Shown here: piece by piece, positions 7,898 to 17,790 of the stretch
Layout: each line of letters begins with the position of its first letter
How positions within the stretch are numbered: the stretch's first letter is position 1
Assembly: GCA_050115495.1 (NCBI GenBank)
Contig: JASFQK010000010.1
Location: 1 to 64,000 of the forward strand
Direction of reading: 5' to 3'
Origin: Phycisphaerae bacterium
GTDB taxonomy: Bacteria; Planctomycetota; Phycisphaerae; UBA1845; Fen-1342
Length of the DNA stretch: 64,000 nt
Position numbers and translations under genes: made by a program
The notes under the pieces: generated by a model
Databases searched by the model: none
What the model was told of the DNA's origin: nothing
Seen by the model: the letters and a program-made list of their open reading frames with translations, nothing else

Positions 7898-9952
7898 CTA
7901 CGGGATCGGCACAGGGCGCGGGGGGGCGCGCCAGGCCTCGCCGCGCTCGTAGGCGGCGATGTGATCGCGGATCGCGGTTGCTTTGGCCGTGTCGCCAGCT
8001 TGGTCGGCCAGGCGGGCGGCGGCGTGGGCGGCGCTCACGGCGTCGGGGAAGCGGCCGGCTTCGGCGTACGCGGCGCCGAGGGTGTCCAGCACATCGATGT
8101 CGTCGGCGGAGACGAGGCGCTGGGCGGCTTCGGCGTGCGTGACGGCCTCGGCGCCGTTGCGCACACTCGCGTCGGGATGGGTCGCGAGGATCCAGGCGAG
8201 CGTCAGGTGCGTTCCGGGGACCTTGTCATCGGTTCTGATCGCCCGGCGGAGCGCTTCGGCGGCGTCCGCCGGCCGGTGTTGACCCAGCAGCACCTCGTAC
8301 AGGTGGCGGAAGCACAGATCTAGCCCGTATTCCCAACCGGGGTAGCGGAACTCGCGGTAGTCCCGCACCGCGATCACCAGCATTTCGAGCGCCTGCTGAT
8401 ACTCGTGGCGTTCGGCGTACACGGCGCCGAGTTGGCGGTGGGCCATGGCGTTGTTCGGCACGATGTGCAGGGCGCCGCTGTACCAACGGGCGGCGGCATC
8501 CAGCCGGTCTTCGGCGAATTCGTGATCGCCCGTCTTCACGAAGGCCACGGACAGCGTCCGCATGTACGGCTGCCGAATCTCCGCCCGCGTGTCGAAGCTG
8601 ATTTGGTGATTCAGAATCGCCAGCGGTAACGGCAGCAGGCCCAGGCCAATCACCAGTGCCGGCCGCCAGCGCGACGCGCGCCACTGCACGAGCGCTCCCG
8701 CCGCCAGGCCGCACATCACCGGCACCGCCGGCAGCCGGTAGCGTGGGCTGTAGAAGAACAGGATGACGGCGATCAGCGGGATGAAGAAGAGCACAATCTC
8801 CGGTGTGAAGCGCACCGGCCGGCGCAGAGCAAGCACGAAGCCGGCCAGCGCCAGGCCCATCAGCCACGCTGTGGGCAGCGGGGCGAGCAGGGCGCGATCG
8901 GCTACGCCGGCTTCGCGCTCGACGAAGTAGGGCATGATCTCGTGGTAGTAGCGGCCGGTCAGGAACCAGTAAGCCTTGAGGGCGAAGAGCCGCAGCGCTC
9001 GCGCCGGTTGTTCACGCCAGAAGGATGTAGCTCGGCCGCGCATATACGCATCGACCTCTTGCCACGTGCCCTGTCGCCCGGTAGCGTCGTGGAAGACCTT
9101 GGCCACCGTCTCATGCATTCGCATGCGGGCCGTGCTGATGCCCTCGACCTCGGTGTAGACGCCACGGGAGTCGGGCGCGTTGCCCTGGAGCATCGTGATG
9201 CCCGAGTGGGCCGAGATGGGGATGAACTCGCCGCAAGCCAGACCGTTGTGCAGCGCGGCCAGCGAGATCGGCAGAACCGCCGTCAGCAGGCCGAGTGCGG
9301 CCTGTCCCAGCGCTCGTCGTCCGCGTCCGCCGGCCCACCACAGCCAGCCGGCGTACAGGGGCAGGGCCAACAGCATGGCCGGGTAGCTCAATGTCGCCGC
9401 GCCGAGCAAAGCGCCGAGCACCGCTGTATCACGCCAGCCCGGGCGCTCGCTCTCGGCCAGAACGACCCAGCGCCACCACACGAGCGCTACGAGCAGCAAT
9501 TGGAGCGTGTTGGCGAGAAGCCGCAACGTTGAGGCCGCCGGTTCTTCGAGCAGGAGGAACGCCGCCGCCGCCAGGATGCCGGCCAGCGCTCCGTACCGCC
9601 GGCGGGTGGCCACCGCGATCAGCACCGTCGTGGCCAGGTACAGGAGGATCTGGAGAGCGCGTACGACGGTGAGGCCCGCGCCAAGGAAGCGCAGCAGGCC
9701 GACGAAGTAGGGGTACAGCGGCGCGGACAGGAAGGGTGTGTCGCCGATGATGTGGCCCGCGGCGATGTGCCCGGCCCACTGCCAGTAGGTCCATGCATCA
9801 CTCGGCGGGACGAGAGCGAACGGGCTCTTGTGGAGGAACTCGACGAGGGCCAGCAGCCGCAGCACGAAGGCCAGCAGGACCAGGCCGGCGAGGCACAGCC
9901 AGAACGTGCGGTTGGTCGGGCGGGACGCGGCACGTTTTGGGTTCGACATCAT
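7898..9952 (-). CDS. GT-C fold (ArnT/PMT-like) membrane glycosyltransferase with C-terminal TPR repeats
   Basis: DAWTYWQWA..I, PLYPYF, many TM helices, RYRLP; C-terminal TPR-like helices (LAWILATHPD, LDTLGAAYAEAGRF). Start uncertain. Confidence 0.8.
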   Translation of the reverse strand: MMSNPKRAASRPTNRTFWLCLAGLVLLAFVLRLLALVEFLHKSPFALVPPSDAWTYWQWAGHIAAGHIIGDTPFLSAPLYPYFVGLLRFLGAGLTVVRALQILLYLATTVLIAVATRRRYGALAGILAAAAFLLLEEPAASTLRLLANTLQLLLVALVWWRWVVLAESERPGWRDTAVLGALLGAATLSYPAMLLALPLYAGWLWWAGGRGRRALGQAALGLLTAVLPISLAALHNGLACGEFIPISAHSGITMLQGNAPDSRGVYTEVEGISTARMRMHETVAKVFHDATGRQGTWQEVDAYMRGRATSFWREQPARALRLFALKAYWFLTGRYYHEIMPYFVEREAGVADRALLAPLPTAWLMGLALAGFVLALRRPVRFTPEIVLFFIPLIAVILFFYSPRYRLPAVPVMCGLAAGALVQWRASRWRPALVIGLGLLPLPLAILNHQISFDTRAEIRQPYMRTLSVAFVKTGDHEFAEDRLDAAARWYSGALHIVPNNAMAHRQLGAVYAERHEYQQALEMLVIAVRDYREFRYPGWEYGLDLCFRHLYEVLLGQHRPADAAEALRRAIRTDDKVPGTHLTLAWILATHPDASVRNGAEAVTHAEAAQRLVSADDIDVLDTLGAAYAEAGRFPDAVSAAHAAARLADQAGDTAKATAIRDHIAAYERGEAWRAPPRPVPIP

Positions 9953-10078
9953 GTGGCAGTCGGGGGACAGTCGCCGGTTCGTCGCTGGAGCCCATTGGCT
10001 CACGAGCGTTCATCATATCGCATGCGGTCGCGGTGATTAACGGAGGAAGGTCGGAAGCTGTCTGGTGACAGCGGTGGC

Positions 10079-11365
10079 TCAGTCCGCCGACTCGGTCGGG
10101 GCTGCGGGCAGGTCGAAGAAGAGCGCGACGGTCGAAGGCAAGATGGGGTATTCGATGCGGCAGCGGTAGACGTCGAAGCGATCGCCGTCCCAGCCGAGCT
10201 GCTCGAACGCGTAGCGGCCGAGCTCCGGATACCGCGGGTAGTCCGGCGTATACAGGACCGAGGGCCCGCGGCCGAGGCACGCAACCGGCGCGAATGGCTC
10301 GATACGCTGCCACGGGGCGAACGTCCCGGGTGGCTGCACCTCGGCCAGGTGGTCGGCGGACACGCGGGCGGTCGGGTTGATGGGCCCGCACGTATCCTCG
10401 CGAATGACCAGGTCGAGCAGCAGCGTTTCGCACGGAATACGCATTTCGGCCAAGTGAGCGCCAACCTCGTTGCCCGGCTCGCGAAAGCGTGGCACGGCGG
10501 CCCGGTTCAGATGGCCTTCGACGCACGTTACGGCCGCCGTCTTGCCCACGCCGACGCCGGCGAGTTCGCCGTACACGCGTCCGGGCGCACCGGGGACCGT
10601 TTGCAGCCGCAGGGTCGGTTCGCTGCAGAAATCGCGCAGTAGGGCGACGCCGGCCGTTTGGTCTGGCGTGGGGATGAGCGGCTCGCGCTGCACGTTGCGC
10701 AGCGTGCCGTCGTCGTTCATCGTGTACGCCGGCGTCAGCACGATCGGCGCTCGCGTCGGTCGCAGCCGGCGGAGCGAGACGAAACCGGTCACGTTCGCCA
10801 GGTCGAGCAGACGCGGATCTTGCTCCGACGGCTGCACGATCAGGCATTTCATGTGCACCTGCACGTCGAGGCCGAACAGGTGGCGCTGGCCGCGGAAGGT
10901 GGCCCGCCGATGCTGGAACGTGATCTGGGCAGCTTCCTCATCGTCGACGAGGGCGCTGACCATGGAGTCGAAAGTGGTTCGGTCGTCGGCGTGCTTGTTG
11001 ACGAGCTCTTCGAACTCGTCGGTGGCCTGGGCCGCGGCCTCGACCGCCGGCTCGCGCACGCCGGCCTTGCGGGCGGCCTTGAGGAACATGCGGAGGGCCA
11101 TGATGCCGGGCAGGTGCAGGCTGGCCGACAGCGGCCCGGAAGCCGAGATGACGCGGAGCATCTTGCAGCAGACGTTCATGTCGACGCCGAGGGCTCGCTG
11201 GAGGTCGGTGGCCTTGGAAACACGACCCCGCACGCCGGCGATCAGCTCCGCGAGGGTGGTGCGCAGCCGTTGCACCGCGGCGGCGGTCTCGGCCTCGAAG
11301 GTCTGCTCTTCGGGCGAGGGCGCCGTCGGCGTCAGTGGGGCTCGGTCTGTTTGGTCTGCAGTCAC
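10079..11365 (-). CDS. Uncharacterised protein with an N-terminal HTH-like segment (putative transcription regulator)
   Basis: ATDLQRALGVDMNVCCKMLR resembles XRE helix2-turn-helix3; beta-rich C-terminal region; host-like codon usage; start estimated at GTG 11365. Confidence 0.7.
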   Translation of the reverse strand: MTADQTDRAPLTPTAPSPEEQTFEAETAAAVQRLRTTLAELIAGVRGRVSKATDLQRALGVDMNVCCKMLRVISASGPLSASLHLPGIMALRMFLKAARKAGVREPAVEAAAQATDEFEELVNKHADDRTTFDSMVSALVDDEEAAQITFQHRRATFRGQRHLFGLDVQVHMKCLIVQPSEQDPRLLDLANVTGFVSLRRLRPTRAPIVLTPAYTMNDDGTLRNVQREPLIPTPDQTAGVALLRDFCSEPTLRLQTVPGAPGRVYGELAGVGVGKTAAVTCVEGHLNRAAVPRFREPGNEVGAHLAEMRIPCETLLLDLVIREDTCGPINPTARVSADHLAEVQPPGTFAPWQRIEPFAPVACLGRGPSVLYTPDYPRYPELGRYAFEQLGWDGDRFDVYRCRIEYPILPSTVALFFDLPAAPTESAD

Positions 11366-11551
11366 GTTCGCGTAAGTGCTCCACCAACAGCGGGTTGCGA
11401 CGAATCCCCCCGTCGGAGGATCGCGTCGGACGTCGGCGCCCCGGCGCCGGGCGGCAGGCCCCGGCGTGCTGGCCAGTATCCATCCTATCGTTTGTGAACG
11501 GTGGTGCAAGCCCGGATAACCTTCGAGACAGAATTCCGCTCATAATCACGT

Positions 11552-11575
11552 CTGAAATTACGTACGTAATTACAG
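11552..11575. promoter_or_regulatory. Palindromic operator candidate
   Basis: CTGAAATTACGTACGTAATTACAG; perfect 16-bp core AATTACGTACGTAATT (11556-11571) in an AT-rich divergent intergenic region. Confidence 0.7.
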
Positions 11576-11584
11576 TCGTAATCG

Positions 11585-11613
11585 TTGACACAACTTTGTA
11601 CGTTCATTAACAT
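11585..11613 (+). promoter_or_regulatory. Sigma70-type promoter of the PEP-CTERM gene
   Basis: TTGACA-17 nt-TAACAT. Confidence 0.7.
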
Positions 11614-11772
11614 GGTCTCAAGAGCGTGGGCAGTGCGGCCCCGTCGGTCGAGCCGCCCGTGCGTCTCAAGGACCGCAACGACATGCCGCCGGCGAGTGGG
11701 CGTGTGTCCCGCCGCCGGGGCAGAAGATCGCCCTCGGTACGTCCGAGGGCTCACCCCAGAGGAGGAAGGATC

Positions 11773-12567
11773 ATGCGAAGAGTCTTGTTGGTTGCCGTGG
11801 CGGCGCTCGCCGTCGCCTCGACGGCCTGGGCCATCGAGCCAGGCCTGTACGGCATTCAGTCCGGCAACGACGGTAACAACGGTCTGTTCCGAATCGACGC
11901 GCAGACGGGTGCGGCCACCAAGCTCACGGCCCTCGACAAGGACCCGAGCTGCACCGGTGCGTCGTTCCTCAACGGCGAGCTCTACGTGACGGACGTCCTC
12001 AACTGGACCGGTGGCGGCTACCTCCTCTATGACAAGCTGAACATGGACACGGGCGTCTTCACCGGCGTCCACGATCAGGACTGGGATTTCAACTGGCACG
12101 GTCTGGCGTCGTGTGACACGCTCGGCGTCACCTGGGCCATCGGGCAGGACACCAACCGCTCGCTCATTCAGACGGACCTCGCCGGCAACATGACGGTCAT
12201 CGGTCCGACCGGGATCGACGGCCGCGGCATGGCCTACGACGACACGCACGGCATCCTCTACGCGACCAACTACGATGATTCCGGTCTGTACACGGTCGAC
12301 ATCAACACCGGCGTGGCGACGTACATCGGCGACACCGGCGTGCGCTGCGATATCGTCGGGCTCGCCTATGACGAGTGGACGCAGACGCTGTATCTGAACG
12401 AGGCGGATGTGGCCCAGGGGCTCTACACGGTCGACGTCACCACCGGCCGCGCCGAACTGGTCGGGGCGAACAACTACCCGTGGATCGACGGTTTGGCCTG
12501 GATTCCCGAGCCGACGTCGCTCGTCCTGCTGGTCTTCGGCGTGCTGGCCACGGCGCGTCACCGGTAG
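11773..12567 (+). CDS. PEP-CTERM sorting-domain protein, probable beta-propeller
   Basis: Signal peptide; repeated GLAYD...LY...GLYTVDxxTGxA blades; C-terminus IPEPTSLVLLVFGVLATARHR; strong RBS. Confidence 0.9.
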   Translation: MRRVLLVAVAALAVASTAWAIEPGLYGIQSGNDGNNGLFRIDAQTGAATKLTALDKDPSCTGASFLNGELYVTDVLNWTGGGYLLYDKLNMDTGVFTGVHDQDWDFNWHGLASCDTLGVTWAIGQDTNRSLIQTDLAGNMTVIGPTGIDGRGMAYDDTHGILYATNYDDSGLYTVDINTGVATYIGDTGVRCDIVGLAYDEWTQTLYLNEADVAQGLYTVDVTTGRAELVGANNYPWIDGLAWIPEPTSLVLLVFGVLATARHR

Positions 12568-12608
12568 TTCGGCAAGTCGCGTCCAGACAACGCATTTCGG
12601 GGGACCGC

Positions 12609-12643
12609 GCGTCTCGCCCGTCGACCTCCGGCGGGCGAGACGC
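12609..12643 (+). terminator. GC-rich hairpin after the PEP-CTERM gene (terminator or RNA stabiliser)
   Basis: GCGTCTCGCCCGTCG-ACCTC-CGGCGGGCGAGACGC, 15-bp stem with one G-U; weak U tract. Confidence 0.5.
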
Positions 12644-12786
12644 TGCGTTAGCCAGTCGTTGACGATTCGTCTTCACACCTGGGTTTACGCCGCGAGCACG
12701 GGGGCAGCGTCTTCTTGTCTGTGCGCAGGGGCGTAATCCGCGCGGTCTGCCTTCCCACGCGGCGACTGGTCTTGTAGAACGGGGGC

Positions 12787-13131
12787 ATGTCTGCGAGCGA
12801 TGCCGACGACAAACTGGACCGGGAACGCGCATCTGAAGTACGGCACCGGTACGATTGGCTGGCCATGCTCCTGCTCGGACTGCTTCTGCTGGCGGGCGGT
12901 GCGGTGATGGCTGCGATCTACACGGGGCTGATGGCGGGCGTGGGATGGGTCCATATGGCCGGCGGCTTGGTGTGGATCTGGATGTGTTCTCGGGTGTTTC
13001 GAAAGGCGCGCCTCCGCCGCGAGCGAGCGTGGCAGGGGCACTGCGTGAATTGCGGTTACAACCTGACTGGGAATACAAGCGGCGTTTGCCCGGAATGCGG
13101 CACGGCCGTACAACGGGCGGAGCGGGAGTAG
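12787..13131 (+). CDS. Small 2-TM protein with C-terminal Zn ribbon
   Basis: HCVNCGYNLTGNTSGVCPECG after two TM helices. Confidence 0.8.
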   Translation: MSASDADDKLDRERASEVRHRYDWLAMLLLGLLLLAGGAVMAAIYTGLMAGVGWVHMAGGLVWIWMCSRVFRKARLRRERAWQGHCVNCGYNLTGNTSGVCPECGTAVQRAERE

Positions 13132-13622
13132 TGCTGCGAAGCCTGAAGCGCACGTTCTATATCGCGACCATCATCGGTCTCATGTTGAGCTGCGTGCCGA
13201 GTCCATTGTGGTTCACGCAACGGCACGAGATCGGCGTGCCCCTGTCGTGGCTGGATCTGCGTCCACTGCTTTTCAACGGGCGCCTTACGCCGCAGCAGTA
13301 TCAGGCGACGGTCGACCAGTTGTGGAAGGCTGAGAAGATCGGTCCCACTGGGGCCCGCACGCTTGACGGCTGGGGGTGGCGGTGGGCGCGGTTGTGGAAT
13401 GGGCGGGTCATCGCTTTTCGCGTCGAGGCGATCGCGGGCAACGTGCTGCTGATGATGGCGGCGGGCGTGCTGTTGCGGCGGACGGTGGAAGCCTGGGCAC
13501 ATCGCCGGGACCCACGCTATCGGCCCGGTCACTGCTGCGGCTGCGGCTATGACCTGACGGGGAACGAAACGGGGGTGTGCCCCGAGTGCGGAAGGGATGT
13601 CCGATCGGCGGAAGAAACGTAG
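13131..13622 (+). CDS. Membrane protein with C-terminal Zn ribbon
   Basis: HCCGCGYDLTGNETGVCPECG; GTG start overlaps the upstream TAG by 1 nt. Confidence 0.75.
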   Translation: MLRSLKRTFYIATIIGLMLSCVPSPLWFTQRHEIGVPLSWLDLRPLLFNGRLTPQQYQATVDQLWKAEKIGPTGARTLDGWGWRWARLWNGRVIAFRVEAIAGNVLLMMAAGVLLRRTVEAWAHRRDPRYRPGHCCGCGYDLTGNETGVCPECGRDVRSAEET

Positions 13623-13659
13623 CGCGCCGGGCGGGCCATCGTTTTCCCGTCGGGCGAGG

Positions 13660-13747
13660 GGGGCAGAGGGGCAAAGGATCAAAGGATCAAAGGGGCAGAG
13701 GATCAGAGGATCAAAGGAGCAAATGAGCAGAGGGTCGGAGGATCAAA
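13660..13747. repeat. Degenerate 8-bp tandem repeat, 11 units (consensus GGRKCARA)
   Basis: GGGGCAGA GGGGCAAA GGATCAAA GGATCAAA GGGGCAGA GGATCAGA GGATCAAA GGAGCAAA TGAGCAGA GGGTCGGA GGATCAAA. Confidence 0.9.
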
Positions 13748-13753
13748 GGGGGG

Positions 13754-13784
13754 CCTCCCCCCTCCGTGCGCGGGAGGGGGGAGG
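13754..13784. terminator. Perfect 12-bp hairpin between convergent genes
   Basis: CCTCCCCCCTCC-GTGCGCG-GGAGGGGGGAGG. Confidence 0.6.
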
Positions 13785-13818
13785 GCGTGGTTGTGATGCT
13801 CACGGGCGGCGGTGGGTC

Positions 13819-14955
13819 CTAGCGTCGGCGCAGGACGGCGGCCGCGGCGATGAGCAGTGCGGTCAACGTGGTCGGCTCCGGGACGGGCGTGACCCAGAGG
13901 AGCGGGTCGGAGGTATAGCCGGGGCGAACGCCCATGCCGGCGATGTACCAGTTCACGCCGTCATTCCAGATGCCGTAAGCCGTCGAGCGGAAGTACACAC
14001 CCTCCGGCAGGAAATCGTGGAGGTCGATGTAGTCGTCCGCTGCTCCGTCCCACACGAGCGCGTGGTATTCGATGTCCAACGACGGGCGGGCGTAGCCGAC
14101 CTGCCGGCCCTCAAAGACGGCAATGGCCTTGCCATCGCGCCAGCCGGAAGGGAGCAGATCGACGTAGCTCTCCGCGGAGCCGGACCACAGAGCCGGATGA
14201 TCGATGATCCCGCCTTGGTTGAAGATCGACCAGCCGACCTGCTGCACGCCGTCGGTCCCGCGGCCCTGCGAGGCGAACGCGAAGTCCGGATGGAGATCAA
14301 CCCACGAGTCCGCCGTCCCCTCCCACATGCAGGCGTGCGACAGCGGCACGGTGGCGTAGCCGACCTGGAAGCCGCCGCTCATGCCTTCGATGTACGAATC
14401 GCCGGCAACGTCGGGGTGGAGGTCCTTGAAGCTCTCGGCAGTGCCGGACCACAGCGCGGCGTGATTGGACTCATTGAAGCGGGCGACGCCGCCCTGGTAG
14501 TTGCCGCTGATCGCCTTGCCGATCGACTGGCAAGCCCCGGCCCAGGCGGGGTGCAGGTCGACGTAGTTCGCCGCCGAGCCGAGCCAGAGTGCGGCGCGGC
14601 TGTAGTCGTTCTCCTCTTCATCAAGTTCGCCGGTCGAACCCACGATGTTCGAGCCCCAGTTGCCAGCGGCCAAAGAGCCGCAGGTGAACTCCGGGCTGTC
14701 CAGGTCGACCCACGATTCGGCGGTTCCATTCCAGTAGCACGCGTGGGGGCGGCCGCTAAAGGAGGTCATACCGGCCTGATAGCCTCCTTGTACGCTGTAC
14801 ACGTGGGACGACGTGACCCCGGCCGGCAGCAGATTGATGACCGACCATTCCGCCGCGACGGCGGGGGACAGCAGCGGCAAAGCGATGGCTGCGACGAGCA
14901 GCGCCGCTGCGCTCCGCACGAGCGCAGCACTCCCGAGACGAGAACGTGATTGCAT
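13819..14955 (-). CDS. PEP-CTERM protein with about six HAxLWxGTAESxVDLHP repeats (HAF-like propeller)
   Basis: Signal peptide, ~42-aa repeats, C-terminus VPEPTTLTALLIAAAAVLRRR. Confidence 0.9.
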   Translation of the reverse strand: MQSRSRLGSAALVRSAAALLVAAIALPLLSPAVAAEWSVINLLPAGVTSSHVYSVQGGYQAGMTSFSGRPHACYWNGTAESWVDLDSPEFTCGSLAAGNWGSNIVGSTGELDEEENDYSRAALWLGSAANYVDLHPAWAGACQSIGKAISGNYQGGVARFNESNHAALWSGTAESFKDLHPDVAGDSYIEGMSGGFQVGYATVPLSHACMWEGTADSWVDLHPDFAFASQGRGTDGVQQVGWSIFNQGGIIDHPALWSGSAESYVDLLPSGWRDGKAIAVFEGRQVGYARPSLDIEYHALVWDGAADDYIDLHDFLPEGVYFRSTAYGIWNDGVNWYIAGMGVRPGYTSDPLLWVTPVPEPTTLTALLIAAAAVLRRR

Positions 14956-15500
14956 GGGGACTCCTCCTACTCCCCCCCCGATACTGAATCGCCGGAAGCC
15001 AGTCCGGACGTTCCGGGTACCGCTGACGCAGCGAGCACAAATCTCCCGGCGGTTTCAGTCTATCGATCGCGCCGGGCGCAATCAACGGAAAGTTGTGTGA
15101 AGCCCGCGGAACCGGCGGTCGGAGTATGTGCGATGGTTCGAGCACGTCGGTCAATCTCCAACCACCGTGCTGCGGTGGCGAGAGTTGTGCAGGAGTGACG
15201 CGCGTGTGCAGGTCTTTGCAGATGCGATGGTTGTGACGGTTGCGGGCTCCGCGAGCGCGATCGTGTGTGACGCTGTATAACTTTAGGCCGATCCGGTTTT
15301 CGTGCGTAGACTGCGTGCCGGTGTTTCTTCATGACCATGAACGCCTTAACGATCGCATGCCCCCGCCGTGGCCGAGGCCGACCGGAAACCGGGGCGTAGC
15401 ACGTCCCCAGGTTCCAAGTAGAATGCGTGCTTCGTTTCGACGCTCCTGCTGACGCCGTCGGCCGCGGGCCGGGGCGAGTGTGTACTTGCGAGGTGGGTCT

Positions 15501-17528
15501 ATGGACGTTGCTGAGCATGTGTACCGGGACGATCCGGCGGTGGGGCCGGCGGATGTGAAGACGACGCTGGCCGGCGTGGAGTATTTCTTCGTCGGGAACG
15601 GGCTGATCCAGGCGGCGGTGCAGGTGTGCACATCCGGCGAGGGGACGCCGGTGGGGCTGCTCGTTCTGCACCCGCAACGGCTGGGGCCGAAGCGGCAGGC
15701 GCTGACGTTTGACGCGGAATGCGGCCTCACGCCAACGGCGGTGACGATTCACGCCGGCTCGGGCGTGCTGGCGCCGCAGGCGACGTCGCTCGACGCGCAG
15801 TGGACCGAGGTCGGCGGCGTGCCGGCGGCGCGGGTCACGTGGCGGGACGGGGACGTGCAGGTCGCGGAGACGTTCTACTGCCACGATCGGCGGACGGCGT
15901 GTCTGACACGCGTCATCGAGGTGCGGAAGACGTCGTTGGGGAGCGTGCGGGCGACGCTGCGCACCGGTCCGGAGCGTGAGCCGCTGGAGCGGGCGATCGA
16001 GCTGGCAGAGGGGACGCCGGTTGAAGCGGCGCTCGTGTACGAGCTTCGCCAGAGCGGGGACGAGTGGCGGGTGGACGTGCGCTGGGCGGATGCGGCGCCG
16101 GTGCGTGCGGACGCCACCGGCTATTGGGAGCAGTGCGGCACGCTGTCATCGTCATCGCCGGCGCTGGACCACCTCTTCCGCGCCGCCTGGAACCAACTGT
16201 CGGCGACGATCACGTCGACCGGCATGATGGACGGCAGCATCTGGCAGTACAACCTGGAGTGGGTGCGCGATCAGTCCGCCACGGTCGCAGCGCTGGTATC
16301 GGTCGGCGCAGTCGAGCTGGCGCGGACCATGGTCGAGCGCATGCTGACGCAGTTCGTCAGCAGCGAGGGCGATTGCATCGACTCCGGCAAGCGGCGTGGG
16401 CCGGAAGAGGTCGAGCTCGATCAGAACGGGTATCTCCTGACGGCGCTGGAGACGTATGTCAACTGGACCGGCGATGTGGATATGGTGCGGCGGCTCTGGC
16501 CGCGCATCGCCGCCTGCGCGGAGTTTCCGCTGCGCGGTACGTTCCGCCACGAGCCGTCGGGTCTGCTATGCAACCGGCGGGATTACTGGGAACGCCACGA
16601 CGTACACGGGATTCAGAGCGGAATGGAGCTGACGCAGCAGCTTTACGTCGCGGTCGGCTTGGAGAGTGCAGCGCGGCTGGCCCGGCTGGTGGGGCAGTCG
16701 GAGCAGGCCGAGCGCTGGACGCGCGAGTCGCAGCGCATTCGCGAGGCCATGCTCAACGACCCGCGCTACAGCTTGGTGGAGCGGGAGTGCTTCATCAAGC
16801 GGCGCGACGTGAGCGGCGCCGTGCAGGAGACGATCACGCCGACGGGGGCTGCCGGCGTTCCGACAGGCGTGCCGCTGGCCGGCGACGAGCCCCACTACCT
16901 CAACCCGGACACGGAGGCCTCGCTGCCGATCGCGCTGGAGTTCATCGACCCGCGCGGCGAGCTGGCGCGGAACACGCTGGCGGACATCGAGCGACTCTGG
17001 AATCAACGGTGGGATTGCGGCGGCTACGGGCGGTACCACGTCAGCTCCGAGCCGGATTCGCCGGGACCGTGGCCGTTTGCGTCGCTGTTCGTGGCCCAGG
17101 CGTATTTCGAGGCGGGGGACGATGAGAAGGTCTGGCGGATCCTGAACTGGCTGGGGAGCGTGCCGGGCGGCCGGGCCGGGTCGTGGTTTGAGTTCTACGG
17201 TCCGCGGCCGGTTCCGCCGTGTCCGCAGATCGGCGTGATTCCGTGGACGTGGGCGGAGGTGTTGCGCTTCTTCATTCATCATCTGCTGGGCGTGCGGCCG
17301 GGTTATGCGGAACTGCTGCTGCGACCGCGGCTGCTGGCGGGGCTGGAGCACGTTGAGGCCCGGCTGCGCCTACGCGGGCACGCGCTGCGCATCGACGTTC
17401 GGCGAGCGCGGGCGGGCGAAAAGGCCGAGATGATCATCGGCGGCAAACCGCAACCGTACACGCCGGCGGGCGCTCGTGTGCCGTTGCCGACGGCGGATCT
17501 GGACGTGCAGGTCATCGTGCCGGCGTAG
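15501..17528 (+). CDS. Six-hairpin (alpha/alpha)6 glycoside hydrolase, GH15-like
   Basis: YNLEWVRD, ELDQNG, DYWER, GYGRY and GPWP motifs; no signal peptide. Confidence 0.7.
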   Translation: MDVAEHVYRDDPAVGPADVKTTLAGVEYFFVGNGLIQAAVQVCTSGEGTPVGLLVLHPQRLGPKRQALTFDAECGLTPTAVTIHAGSGVLAPQATSLDAQWTEVGGVPAARVTWRDGDVQVAETFYCHDRRTACLTRVIEVRKTSLGSVRATLRTGPEREPLERAIELAEGTPVEAALVYELRQSGDEWRVDVRWADAAPVRADATGYWEQCGTLSSSSPALDHLFRAAWNQLSATITSTGMMDGSIWQYNLEWVRDQSATVAALVSVGAVELARTMVERMLTQFVSSEGDCIDSGKRRGPEEVELDQNGYLLTALETYVNWTGDVDMVRRLWPRIAACAEFPLRGTFRHEPSGLLCNRRDYWERHDVHGIQSGMELTQQLYVAVGLESAARLARLVGQSEQAERWTRESQRIREAMLNDPRYSLVERECFIKRRDVSGAVQETITPTGAAGVPTGVPLAGDEPHYLNPDTEASLPIALEFIDPRGELARNTLADIERLWNQRWDCGGYGRYHVSSEPDSPGPWPFASLFVAQAYFEAGDDEKVWRILNWLGSVPGGRAGSWFEFYGPRPVPPCPQIGVIPWTWAEVLRFFIHHLLGVRPGYAELLLRPRLLAGLEHVEARLRLRGHALRIDVRRARAGEKAEMIIGGKPQPYTPAGARVPLPTADLDVQVIVPA

Positions 17529-17543
17529 ACGCGATGCGGAATG

Positions 17544-17571
17544 TTGACAGGCACCGCCAAGTGCGTACACT
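17544..17571 (+). promoter_or_regulatory. Sigma70-type promoter for the cobalamin-riboswitch operon
   Basis: TTGACA-16 nt-TACACT ending just before the aptamer. Confidence 0.7.
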
Positions 17572-17577
17572 GGTGAA

Positions 17578-17790
17578 TGGTCGCTGGTGCCCGGTCGCTT
17601 GTTGCCGCCGGGAGAATAGGGAATCCGGTGTGAATCCGGAACGGCCCCGCCGCTGTGACCGGGAACGAAAGCCGCCACATACCATTGGCTGGTCGCCCTG
17701 ACCGGCCGAGAAGGTGCGGTGAGTAGCTGCGAGGATCAGCGTGACGCTGGTTCGAGCCTGCCCGGGAGTCAGAAGACCTGCCAGTGTGAC
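17578..17790 (+). ncRNA. Cobalamin riboswitch
   Basis: GGTGC...AATAGGGAATCCGGTGTGAATCCGGAACGGCCCCGCCGCTGTGA...ACCATTG...GAGAAGGT...GAGTCAGAAGACCTGCC (B12 box). Confidence 0.95.

Noticed and set aside
13660..13747. CRISPR array
   Set aside because: 8-bp contiguous units with no spacers; no cas genes in the window.
14956..15500. Long divergent spacer with several TGTGA/TGTGAC words
   Set aside because: No properly spaced TCACA partner or consistent period; no credible ORF or RNA motif.
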